Position numbers and translations under genes: made by a program. Of a DNA stretch of 64,000 nucleotides, positions 12,488 to 24,440 are shown one piece after another (the first letter of the stretch is position 1; every line of letters starts with the position of its first letter). Origin of the DNA: Squalus acanthias (Eukaryota); contig CM059432.1 of assembly GCA_030390025.1 (NCBI GenBank), positions 93,994,001-94,058,000 of the forward strand, in the 5' to 3' direction. The notes beneath the pieces were generated by a model. The model was not told where the DNA came from. It saw only the letters and a list, made by a program, of their open reading frames with translations, and did no database searches.

Positions 12488-15400
12488 AAGAAATAGCAGG
12501 AGTAGGCCATACAGCCCATTGAGCCTGCTCCACCATTCAATAAGATCAGGGCTGATCTTCTCCCTCAACTCCACTTTCCTGCACTATCTCCATATCCCTT
12601 AAATCCCTTAGAGAACAGAAATCTATTGATCTCAGTCTTGAATATACTCAACTAAGCATCCACAACCCTCTGGAGTAGAAAATTTCAAAGATTCACAACC
12701 CTGAGTGAAGAAATTTCTCATCTCAGTCCTAAATGGCCGACCCCTTATTCGGAGACTATGCCCCCTAGTTCTGGACTCTCCAGCCAGGGGAACAACCTCT
12801 CAGCATCTAACTTGTCAACCCCCCTCAGAATCTTACATGTTTTAATGAGATCACCTCTCATTCTGCTAAACTCCAGAGAATATAGGCCCATTCTACTCAA
12901 TCTCTCCTCATAGGACAGCCCTCTCATCCCCAGGAATCAATCTAGTGAACCTGCGTTGCACCCACTCTATGGCAAGTTTATCCTTTCCACGGTAAGGAGA
13001 CATAGTGCATAGTATTCCAGGTGTGGTCTCATCAAAGCCCTATATAATTGGAGCAAGACTTCCTTACTCTTTTCTCCAACCCCCTTGCAATAAAGGCTAA
13101 CATACCATTTGCCTTCCTAATTGCTTGCTGTACCTGCACATTAACTTTGTGATTCAACAACAACAAGTATTTATATAGCACCTTTAATGTAGTAAAACGT
13201 CACAAGGTGCTTCACAGAAGTATTAAAAGACAAAAAAAGTGACACTTAGCCACATAAGGAGAAATTAGGGCAGATGACCAAAGTTTGGTCAAAGAGGTAG
13301 GTTTTAAGGAGCGTCTTAAAAGGAGGAAAGAGAGGTGGAGGTGTTTAGGTAGGGCATTCCAGAGCTTAGGGCCTAGGCAACAGAAGGCACGGCCATCAAT
13401 GGTTGAGCGATTATAATCAGGGATGCGCAAGAGGGCATAATTAGAGGATCGCAGATATCTGAAGGGGGGGGGGGGGGATTGTGGGGCTGCAGGAGATAGG
13501 GAGGGGTAAGGCCATGAATAGATTTGAAAACAAGGATGAGAATTTTGAAATCAAGGTGTTGCTTCACCAGGAGCCAATGTAAGTCAGCGAGCACAGGGGT
13601 GATGGGTGAACGGGACTTGGTGCAAGTTAGGACACAGGCAGCCGAGTTTTGGATGACCTCAAGTTTACGTAGGGTGGAATGTGGGAGGCCAGCCAAGAGT
13701 GCGTTGGAATAGTCAAGTCTAGAGGTTACAAAGGCGTGGATGAGGGTTTCAGCAGCGGATGAGCTGAGCCAAGGGCAGAGTCGGGCGATGTTACGGAGGT
13801 GGAAATAGGCAGACTTAGTCATGGCGCGGATATGAGGTCGGATATTTCGGGGTCAAATGGGCACCAAGGTGTTAGGGAGACTCCGACAAATATTAGGGAG
13901 GGGGAAGGAGTCAGTGGCTAGGGAATGGAGTTTGTGGCGGGGACCAAAAACAATGGCTTCAGTCTTCCCAATACTTAATTGGAGAACATTTCTGCTCATC
14001 TAGAACTGGATGTCGGACAAGCAGTCTGACAATTTAGAGACAATGGAGGGGTCAAGAGAAGTGGTGGTGAGGTAGAGCTGGGTGTCGTTGGTGTACATGT
14101 GGGAACTGACGCTGTGTTTTTGGATCATGTCGTCAAGGGACAACATGTAGATGAGAAATAGGAGAAGGCCAAGGATAGATCCTTGGTGGACACCAGAGGT
14201 AACGACGCGGGAGCTAACAAAGACCCCCAAATCCCTCTGAATACCAACATTTACAAGTCTCTCATCTTTTAAAAAATATTCTGCTTTTCCATTATTCTTA
14301 CCGAAGTGGATAATTTCACAATTCCCCACATTATGCTCCATCTGCCACCTTCTTGCCCAATCACTTAACCTGTCTATATCCCTTTGCAGCCTCTTTGCGT
14401 CTTCTTTACAGCTTACTTTCCCATCTAGCTTTGTATTGTCAGCAAACTTGGATATATTACACTTGGTCCCCTCATCCAAGTCATTGATATAGATTGTAAA
14501 TTGCTGCGGCCAAAGCACTGATCCTTGCGACACTCCACTAGTTACATCCTGCCATCCCGAAAATGACCCGTTTTTCCTACTCTGTTTTCTGTCTGATAGC
14601 CAATCCTCAATCCATGCTAATATATTACCCCCAATCCCATGAGCCCTAATCTTGTGTAACAACCTCTTGTGTGACACCTTATTGAAAGCCTTTTGAAAAT
14701 CCAAATATACTATATTCACTGGTTCCCCTTTATCAACCCTGCTAGGTAAACCCTCAAAAAACTCCAATATATTTGTCAAACTCTATTTCCCTTTCACACA
14801 TCTGTGTTGACTTTGTCAAATCTTATGATTTTCCAAGTGCCCTGTTACCTTAATAATAGATTCTAGCATTTTTCCTACTACTGATGTCAGGCTAACTGAT
14901 ATATAGTTACTGGTTTTCTCTCTCTTCTCTCCACCACCACCACCATCCCCCCCGCCCCCCCCACTTTTCCTGAACAGTGGGGTTACATTTGCTACCTTCC
15001 AATCTACGGGGACCGTTCTAGAATCTAGGGAATTCTGAAAGATCAAAACCAATGCACCCACTATCTCTGCAGCCACCTCTATTAAAATCCTAGGATGTAA
15101 GCATCAGGTCCAGGGGATTTGTCAGCTTTTAGTCCCATTAATTTCTCCAGTACTTTTTTGTTACTAATACTAATTACTTTAAGTTCCTCACTCTCATTAG
15201 AGCCTTGGTTCCCCACAATTTCACAGATGTTCTTTGTGTCTATGCTGAAGACAGATACACAATATTTGTTTAATGTCTCTGCCATTTACATATTCCCCAT
15301 TATAATTTCTCCTGTTTCTGCCTGTAAGAGACCCACTCACTAACTCCTCCTTTTTACATACTTGTAAAAGCTCTTTAAATCTGTTTTTATATTTCTTGTT

Positions 15401-15862
15401 AGTTTACTCTCAGATTTTATTTTCTCCCAATTCTCAGGCTTACTACTCTTTTTGGCATTATTGGAAGCCTCTTTTTAAAAATCTAATACTATCCTTAACT
15501 TCTTTAGTTAGCCAAGGCTGTACCCCTTTTCTAGTGGAGTTTTTATTCCTCAAGGGAATGTATATTCGTTGAGAATTATGAATTATTTCTTTAAATGTTT
15601 GCCAGTGCTCATCTACCATCACATCTTTTAGTCTAATTTCCCAATCTACGTCAGCCAACTCGCCCCTCATACCACCGTAATTGGCCTTGTTTAAATTTAA
15701 GACCCTAGTTTCAGACTTAACCACATCACACTCAAACTTAATATAAATTTCTATCATACTTTGATCACTCTTCCCCAGAGGATCCTTTACAATAGTAATT
15801 AACCTTGTCTAATTACACAATACAAGATCTAAAACAGCCTGTTCCATAGTTGGCTCCTCGAC
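12488..15862 (-). mobile_element. CR1 LINE ORF2 (endonuclease end to 3' UTR), interrupted by an L2
   Basis: ORFs 15458..15757, 15082..15285 (DKSPGPD), 14816..15076 (DWKVANVTPLF), 14000..14779 (YLDFQKAF...KFADNT) and 12745..12927. Confidence 0.95.
13157..14215 (-). mobile_element. L2 LINE, 5'-truncated, inserted in the CR1
   Basis: ORF 13373..13822 AYFHLRNIARL...HAFVTSRLDYSNALL; (ttg)n tail at 13157; CR1 sequence tgattca|acaaagacccc resumes across it. Confidence 0.95.
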
Positions 15863-15889
15863 ACCTCCCCAATATCTCAGGAAAATTAA

Positions 15890-16122
15890 CCAGTAACTGA
15901 GCTGAGTTTGAGAATCTCAAACAGTGATCCCTGCTGGAAGTACATGTGAACATCAGGTGAGGGAAGGATTGGACTTGGGGCTGATGTCCTCAGAGTGCCT
16001 GCAGGCTATTATACTGTCAAGGTTCACAAATAAATAATGGCCACTTGTGGCAAGGTACCAGCAGCTAGCCAGCACTTGTTGAATTGTTTCCAGCAAGAAG
16101 TTGACACCTTCAGAAGAGGAAG
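15890..16122 (+). mobile_element. Old tRNA-SINE fragment (AmnSINE2-like)
   Basis: cagtgatccctgctggaag...catcaggtgagggaaggattgg...aatggccacttg...ccttcagaagagg. Confidence 0.5.
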
Positions 16123-16847
16123 GTAAAAACATTTTTTTTTTTTTTTAATTAAAAAGAGCTGGAGAAATAACATGTCAAGCATCAGTTTGAAGGTTATAGG
16201 GATAATAAACAGGTGATCAAATACTCCATGGAACACAGCTGTTTTTGTGCTACTGGGATCTTTGAAAATGCAATCAAAAGGAACTGACCAATGTCAAGTA
16301 AATGAACTTAATGGTTAGACAGACATTGTGACCTTTTCAGAATTATATTTGGGGTTCAGGAAGAAATATTGCTAAACATTTCCTCAGGAGTTCAAATAAG
16401 TGGTAGCTACTATAAGGCAAATTGTACATGTTCTATGGAAGCAATAGGTTTTAAGTATGTCAATGCTTTATGTTTTATCCAGTTGTGCCACATAGCACAA
16501 ACTACATCTTTCCTTAAGATATTTTATACACATTGCATGTATTGTAACTATAACTACGGCAACGGAGTATTTTGGATGCTATAATTAAATGCATGCTATA
16601 GTAATATTGCATAAGAATGGAATACAAGAAGCAGAGAGCCAAGATTCTGTAAGCTTATGGGCAAAAATGGCTTACAACTAAGGTTGGGATATATTACCTT
16701 GATGGCAACTGTCTGTTTAACTGTTGGTTAAATATTTCTTAAAATCACTGATGAATTTCTCATGCTAAAATTTTATTTGAATTTCAGATACAAGGAGGCA
16801 TTCTTTCTTAATCTATCCTCCCACAACACCATAATTTCACTCATTAC

Positions 16848-17100
16848 AGACTAGTCAAGCAACAGCCCAGCATAGTCATACTCAGAATCATACCTAGCAG
16901 CCAATGTCTCAAACTCCTCCATCATCATCCCTGGGTATGTCCTGTCCCACCGGTGCAATGTATACAGTTGGGGGTAGTGGCCCTGGGAGTCCTCAACATT
17001 GATGGCAGACCCCTTTACATCTCACAATTTCAGGTCAAACATTGACAAGAAAATCTCTTATTACCACCTAACACCCTCCCACAGCTAATGAATCAATACA
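16848..17100 (+). mobile_element. Endonuclease-region fragment of the Zenon-like LINE
   Basis: gactagtcaagcaacagcc...ccctgggtatgtcctgtcccacc...gtggccctgggagtcctcaacattga matches 31520-31770. Confidence 0.75.
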
Positions 17101-18358
17101 AGAGTGAATTGTGCAGATCAGGATTATTATTTGTAGACTTAATGCCCCAAACCAGTGAATCTAGAGCACAAAACAGCTTTCCTTGCTGCCAGTTCTACAT
17201 GGTTATCAGTCAGCCAATAGTTGCAGATGAATATATAAAACAGTTTGTGCAAGCTGAATTATAGGTGGAAGTGAAGGATAAATCCTGAATCATAAAACAT
17301 CGATAAACAATGGTCTTGCATCAACTGCATGCTAACCAGTCCTATTCTATATCTGCAGGACTGCATAAATCCTTAATTCAACGATTATGTCAACAGAACA
17401 GTAATTTCCCAAAAATAAATTCTCCACAAAAGGGATTTTCAGCTGCGTGACCCCAAAATACACTTTTGCTAAAATGATTGAAGTACACGGAAAAAGAAAA
17501 TAGCACTTTAATATTCATTCCAAAAAGCATAAACATTTTTAATGGATTTCTTTCACTAACTTTCTGCTTAATTTCCCCTGAAACAGGAGTTTGTTTCTCC
17601 CTCTCTTATTCCCTCCCCCATACAGGCCATGGAAGAAATAAAAATTCACCACATATACTCAGATTAAATATAATTACAAAATGATTTTCAATGTTGCCCA
17701 GCTAATGGGAAAATGAAGTGAAGATTGGCAAAAGTTGGAAAAAAAAGCACTTCAAATTTTAATGTCTCAAAACAAAATTGATTTTATATTAAGATGCTTG
17801 TAATAGCTACTTATCCTGGTGGGCATTATTGAAAACAGAAAGTGCTAGAAATACACAGCAGGTCTTTTCAGCAGTCTTGGTCTTTCTTTTCATTAGAAAA
17901 CATTATTGATTTCAGCAACAAATAGAAACATGGTGGGGTCAGAAGCTTCATTGCCAAGTCTCAGCAACTCATGCTTTTAGTCTCATCTAAAGCATTTTAT
18001 ATTATGTTTCAGATGCTGACTAACTTGCTGTGTATTTCCAGCAGGTCCAGCACCCCCCAATCACAGGTAAACCATTACAAGACTACAATCTTTTTAGAAT
18101 GCATACAACAGCTCCATTTTTCTGTTATATTTTCTTCAACAACTTGTTGTATATTTTCTTCCATCGTGGCTTGCTCCCATTTTCAATGTTTCAACTGGAG
18201 AGAGAATAGCAGGCAATCATCTCTAAGGATTCGGTTAGTGTCACTGCAGCTGGTCGCTGAGAGGTCAACAGTCTGAGTTCTGATGAAGTGTTTCCTTTTC
18301 AGATGCTGACCAATTAGCTGTGTGTTTCCACATTTGATAGCACCTCTTTAGATCTATC

Positions 18359-19093
18359 GGGCCAGAAATTCGGCACTTGCCAGGTGAGTACGCGCTGTAA
18401 GGCCACCTGAAGTGTCGGTTTCCTGCATGCACGGGAAACCGGAACTTCAGTTCCCCTGAAGGGAGGGGTTCAGAGGTGAACCGTGTGCGCGGGAGAGGCT
18501 GCGCGCACGCAGCGAACTTCGTTTTTTTTCAGGTTTCTCCGGGAAGGTAAGTATGGAAGAAGCTGCGCTTTTAAAAAGGAGGCGCAAGACCCGTTTTTAA
18601 CAAGGTAAGTGGTTAATTAATTACAATTTAATTTTTTTTTCAAACAGGTTTATCTTTTTTAGATACTTTAAAGAAAGGTAAGTTTATTTTTAGCACTTAA
18701 AAAGTATTTTAATTTTTTCAAAAATTTAAATTTTTGTTTAAAATAATTAATTTATTTAACTTAGTTATTTTAAAAATGTGATGGTTTTTTAAAAAATTTA
18801 TTTGAAGTTTAGGTGTTGTTTTGGGGCCGATTTCAATTCATAGATTTGACAGGTCCTGTCAAATCTATGAATGAAAGATGGTCTGCTGCCATTGGCTCTC
18901 CATGGCCCACGTGATCCCAGGGGACGCATCACACTAACTACGCCTCTGGGATACACAAGCACTGCGCGCCGGCAGCTGCAGGAGGCCCAGGAGCTGAAGT
19001 CCCCGTGGGCCCAGAGGTCAACGGCAGGCGCGGTAGGTAGGTGCGCGCGCGATCCTTGCACCCGCGGGAAGCCAGGGAGCCGAATTTCTGGCC
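18359..19093. mobile_element. TIR element (MITE-like, probable PIF/Harbinger group)
   Basis: Perfect 15-bp inverted repeat ggccagaaattcggc (18360-18374) / gccgaatttctggcc (19079-19093); atc on both flanks. Confidence 0.85.
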
Positions 19094-19762
19094 ATCATAT
19101 TTTCCCTTCTTGGGAAAGTACTTCACCTCTACAAGACAGTCTTGCTGAGCAACTTAATGTGTGAAGAGTTATTGCCTCAAATCCACATCCTTACCACTGC
19201 ATGATGAAGCAAATTAATCTAACATTTTGCCACCAGGTTTACTTATGAAGCACTATTTTAAATATGAAATATCATCTTCCAATTCATGGGCTCATTACAC
19301 TGTTTTTGGTGAAGTTGCAATGATGGGTTAAGGATCAACTAACTAAAGCTACGATTGTACATAAAAAACTGATGGTTTGAATGCAAAGTTCAACAATTCA
19401 AAAAAGAGAAGCTATTTAACATTTTAATTTCTCATTGCAGTAATACATGCAACTTTACTTAAACCGTTAATTATGTCTATAATTCCAGTGCATATTACTA
19501 TTATGGACAGCCCTGCTTGGTGTGCTGCAATGTGGGATTCACTTTGATCGACCAACCATTTTTAGCATATGCCAAACATAGTCGATAATATGTGTACTTA
19601 GGGTCAGGCAGCTCTTGGTAGACTCCCAGGCCCTAGAGGGAAAGAGGTACAAAATGCAAAGTATCTAGCAGATTCTTGTTGAGCAAATACTTTGGACAAA
19701 AAGTTTCCTTCTAGCCACATAGACCAGGAAGGTCTGAAGCTCAATTGTTGATCTGTGCTGAA

Positions 19763-20178
19763 GTGTCAACTATGGCTCAGTGCTTGCACTCTCGCCTCTG
19801 AGGCAGAAGGTTGTGGGTTTAAGCTCCATTCAAGAGACAAAAGCACATAATCTAAGCTGAAAATTCAATAGAGGTGCCATCTTCCGGATGAGACATTAAA
19901 CTGAAGCCCTGTCTGCCCCCTCAGGTGGATGTAAAAGAACCCACAGCAAGCTTCGAATTAGAACAGGGGAGTTTATTTATCCCTCAATCAACATTCACTA
20001 AAAAAACCCAGATTATCTGGTCATTATCTCATTGCTGTTGGTGGGACCTTGCTGTACGCAAATTCTCTGCCGTGTTTCCTATAATACTGCACTTCAAAAG
20101 TACTTCAATGGCTGTAAAGCACGTTGGGATATCCTGAGATTGTAAAAGGCGCTGTATAAATGCAAGTTCTTTCTTTTA
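19763..20178 (+). mobile_element. SacSINE1-like DeuSINE
   Basis: gtgtcaactatggctcagtg head, ggatgagacattaaac domain, aaggcgctgtataaatgcaagttctttc tail. Confidence 0.85.
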
Positions 20179-20352
20179 TTTGATCTCAAATGATGTGGTA
20201 GTGAAGATGCGACATCTGCCCTTGCAGTACTGGATTGAAGGGGGAGCATCAAGGAGGCCAGCATTCCTGCTTCTAATCACTATCCATTGACCTCTGCTGA
20301 GACTGCACATGTATAGACATTGGATGAGGACAGAATGAGGCTCAGCTATAAT

Positions 20353-21296
20353 GGGCCAGAATATGCTGATAACAGCAAGTTAAAGGCACACACCGTTATT
20401 AGTGTAAAAAATCCAGCAATTTGTGGTGAGGAAGATATGCACAGTGGGTTACGAATCACCACAAATTGCTGGATGATTTGCGCTGCTCCGCCATTAGCCT
20501 CGCAAAAACGGGAGCTCAGTCAACCTCCTACATGAGGGTCAAGAAATTGCTGCATTTGCGCTATACATAACGAATTACCCGCAGAAAGTTAGGGATGCTA
20601 CTTCATGGTGTAAGTACCCTGTTAATGGGGTAATGTGTGTTTCCAATGGCCTTCCAGTTAACAATTAAATGATAATTGTTCTGCACATGCCACGTAAAGC
20701 ATGTAACTAGGATGCACGTTAAACTGTTTTGGTAAATTGATTTGCTGTGGATTCTGGCTGGGAATAAAGCCGATGTTAAATTCATTTCAGTTTGTCAGGA
20801 TTTAGAGTTACCCCAACCCCTCCAAGCATGTGGGTCCATTAATGTGCAAGTCACCAATCATGTTGATTCCACAAGTTGAATTGCTATAAAATATCTAGCT
20901 TGTGTGTGTAGGCAGCAGCTGCATTCGGTTCCTTAATTTCATGAATTAAACAACAATAATAATATGAACCATGGACTGGCAGGCTGTCTTATTCATATGT
21001 TTAAGTGTCATGTTCCATAGGCAAAAAAAAAAACTTAGACTACACATCTTCCTGCATGTAATTCAGTAAAACTTCATGAAAATAATCAGATGTCCAAGCT
21101 GCCACTTCGGAGCTTTGCTAACCATTCAAATCCTTAAATTTCATAGACTATTGGTCCGGTCAGTCACCAAGGTCCCAGATATCCCGTTATCACCTCGCGC
21201 TTCCAGCAGTTTGCAGCGCAAAATTAACTGGGAGCTGAAGGGGGAGGAAAAAATCCAACTCACTGCAAGATGACCCGCTCCAGCAAATTCTGGGCC
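20353..21296. mobile_element. TIR element with AAT TSD
   Basis: gggccagaatatgctg / cagcaaattctgggcc (14/16 inverted match); aat on both sides; interrupts a SINE cleanly. Confidence 0.85.
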
Positions 21297-21799
21297 AATG
21301 TCTCTCTCCATGGGTGAATCATTTGCTGGCATTCGCTGTGGGTTTACACATGAAAAATGACCACTTTGGGAACTTGGTAGAGGGCCAGTGTGACCTAAGG
21401 AACTGCACTTCAGCACAAGTCACTGCTTTCAGGCAAGAAGCAAGAAGAGTAAATTGGAGGAAAGGCAGAAGGGGCAGAAATATTTTACTTTTGAAGCATT
21501 TAATCTTGGTACTTTCAGTTTTATATACTTTAATAATTGGAGAGAAAAAAAAACTTTGAACCGGATGAGGTTGTAGAGTGAATCATGGATGAAGGAAACA
21601 GAAGATGCATCTAAATCAGATGACAATGACACCGTACTAAGCTTTCAAATACTGTATTGGTAAACAGTTAGATTAGCCATAAAAACATTAGAACAAGCTA
21701 CTAAAACAGGTAAAAGGTTATGCAACAGCAGAACTTTTATTGCGTAAATTGTTTAGCAACTGGAAGAATTTGGTTCATAAATTACTTGCAAGTTTCAAA

Positions 21800-22100
21800 G
21801 TTACTCCCTAATCAAGTAAACTAACTGCCTCGGAGTTAAGGTGAGGGAAAGGAAAGAAAAAAAAATGGCCAGGCTGATCACAATCCAGCGACCTCTCCTG
21901 AAACTGCATTTCTGTGCACATCAGGTGAAGACAGGATTGGGTACAGATGGCTCCACGGTTGAATTGCCTACAGACATTCAATGTCATGGCTCAGACACGA
22001 TAAATGACCACTTGATGACATAGTGGAGGGTAACTGGCACCTCTAGAATGACTTCCCAACAGGATGTCAATGCCTTCTCGTGAGATGGTGAAGAGAGAAA
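21800..22100 (+). mobile_element. Old tRNA-SINE fragment (AmnSINE2-like)
   Basis: atccagcgacctctcctg...catcaggtgaagacaggattgg...aaatgaccacttg. Confidence 0.5.
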
Positions 22101-22148
22101 ATTAATGAGTTGAAAAAAAGCCCTTCATCCTCAACTTCTAGTGACAAA

Positions 22149-22609
22149 GTCCAAGAAATTGGTTTCACGCCAGAAATTGGCACAGAATTGGTGGTGCGCC
22201 TGGAACGAACATCGGAAGAAGTCAGCCCGAGGCTTGCTCTAAATTGGGCTGTGGGCGCCAATAGGGCATCTCGATGCAGATGGCCGATCGAGACCCTTGT
22301 AAATTTGACCGGCTCCGGGTAAAACCAGCCCACAGGCAAGTCGGTGGAGGGCGCAGGTGAATGGGTAGGGGGCAAGCACAGGCCAGCAAAGGCCACAGTA
22401 TTGCTGTGGAGCCAGGAGAAACACTCATGCTCCTCCTGGCTCCACATTAAAAAGATAAATAAAAAATAATTTACTTCCCCTTTAATTGGCAGCCTCCTGC
22501 AGTTCTGTTAAGTACCATTGGTTAGGCCACTGTAGACACAGAGCAGAGCATGTTTGGTACTTAATTAATCGCCCGGATAATGGGCACAACACGGGCCAAG
22601 TTCTCCCCC
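22149..22609 (-). mobile_element. Degenerate TIR element carrying the conserved internal hairpin
   Basis: Ends agaaattgg / ccaagttctccccc followed by aat; 14-bp perfect stem at 22405-22446. Confidence 0.55.
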
Positions 22610-23986
22610 AATGTATCTGAAGACATTGTGAGATTGCACGCAGGGATACACCAGTGCCCTACCCCACCTCTACATTCCAAGGCATGTTGCCTTATCTTTA
22701 AACAACCCAGTCTGCGCATTGTACAGGGCAGGCAGGCTGTAATATCCTGTACATTTGGGGTTTTTTTTCAGCTAACATAACAAATCTGTAATGAAAAAGG
22801 TAGTCAGTTTAAAACTAATCAATTTGCATGAAGCTGGGATTTCTATGACAGTTCCCCCAAGTTGAACTCAATAGATTTCTTTTCCCTTTGTCCCAGCTCC
22901 TGGAACAGCAGTCTCCAGTCAGTGGAAATTACAGTAATTGCGAGCAACAGTAATTATAATGTACTGATTACGGATTGTCCAGAATACTGTGCATAAAAAC
23001 AAAAAGGAGCATCTCTGGTTGCACCTTGCAACCACTTCAACCTCAAGATCTGCAGTCAGCAGAACAGATCAGCAAAAGCAGATCCTCTTTAATCATTTCC
23101 TGTTCACCAAGTGGCAGTAACTTTAAAGACTGAAGGATCATTCTGAACCCAGCTGAAGAGCTGACCTGTAAATTATAAATAGATACATTTTACATCCCCA
23201 CTTAGAGGTAACCAAATAATTGCCTGAAAGAACAGTGCAGTATATAAATCATTGGCTACAAGTTAACAACACCTATTTTTTTCATTGAATATGACCAATT
23301 ATTTGGACATTGTTGCAACTTGGCCTTTTCCCCCCTCCCCACCCCCTACCAATACATTTTACTGATCCTGAACATGCAAAGTGAACTTCTACAGGCAAGA
23401 CTGTGCCTCCTATGAACCAAAACTTGACCTTATGCTCAAAGCATATGCATTAGTGTGCCACAAGGCAAAATGAACTCTTATACCGTCAAAGTATGCAGCT
23501 GAGCCACTGTATTCTCCAAAGCTCTCTGAAACAGGGGTAACACCACACTCAGACCATATACCTCAGGATAAAAACCTATCCAATTTACTGGAAGAAGTAA
23601 AATTATAAGGAAGCAAGAATAAATCAAACTAGATAGTACATTCCTCAACTTTCACCAGTATATTAACCAACTTAGATCCTAACAGAACAAATGGTTATCA
23701 ACATTCCTTTTCCAGAGTACTGCAACTTGCGTTTCGGAAAGGAGTGTACATGCAATCGTGGACACCTCAGGCTCCACAGGATCTCAGCTCGCCAGTGACT
23801 TGGAGGCGCAATCCAAGCGGGGGAAATGAGAAACCAGCAAAAAAACTCAGTATATTTATTTCCAAGTTCAGACAGTTTATAGTCAGAGAAATGTCAATCA
23901 AAATAACAAAAACAATGTTAGTGAGCAATGACACATACCCAAGAAATGTTAATGCGGAGACAATGGGCTCTATTTTATCTTCCCCG

Positions 23987-24054
23987 CCTGGTGAAAATGG
24001 AGCAGGGGGCCGGCCATACCTGGTGAAAATGGAGCAGGGGGCCGGCCATACCTG
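23987..24054. repeat. Perfect 32-bp tandem duplication
   Basis: cctggtgaaaatggagcagggggccggccata x2. Confidence 0.95.
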
Positions 24055-24440
24055 CTACTTCGACACCAAGATCTACCCGACTGCAATTTCAAATTTCTGG
24101 TGGCAAGGACACACGCCCCAAGCCGGTGGGGTGCTCTTTGAATATGCAGACTGAGCTCGGATTATGTCATCAGGGCCTGATCTGCCATTTTAACCAGAGG
24201 CCTAAGCAGGGCAGCAGTGGTGGTTTCCCCACTAGACCAAATATTCCAGAAACAGCAGCCAGAGCCAGAAGAGGCCCAAATAAGATAAGCTTTTAATTTT
24301 TTTTGTAAGTTTCCTTGTGGGCCAGGAACAGCAGGAGTACTCCTCCAGGCTCCACAAGGAAACCTTGGGTCTCCCCTGCCCCAGGCTTCTTCCACCTTCC
24401 CCAACCAGGATTCCCCTCCTGGAGCACTTGTTCTGGGAAT

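Larger units (their letters stand above)
19690..21450 (+). mobile_element. Old tRNA-SINE (AmnSINE2-like) split into three pieces by two later insertions
   Basis: Pieces at about 19690-19762, 20180-20352 and 21300-21450 join into the same sequence as the other copies. Confidence 0.65.

Noticed and set aside
14000..14779. 259-aa ORF with two RT catalytic-like motifs (FADN and YTND)
   Set aside because: Chance in-frame junction at about 14215 where an L2 inserted into a CR1; both motifs are mutated, so it is not a novel double-RT gene.
17831..18330. Old pLTR-like pieces including gttctgatgaag near 18277
   Set aside because: Stem II and GAAA are deleted, so no ribozyme; too decayed to bound.
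23716..23830. CpG-containing unique segment after a plus-strand acceptor; start of the 136-aa ORF 23744..24154
   Set aside because: No donor or homology; the ORF runs into a TIR element and its tandem duplication.
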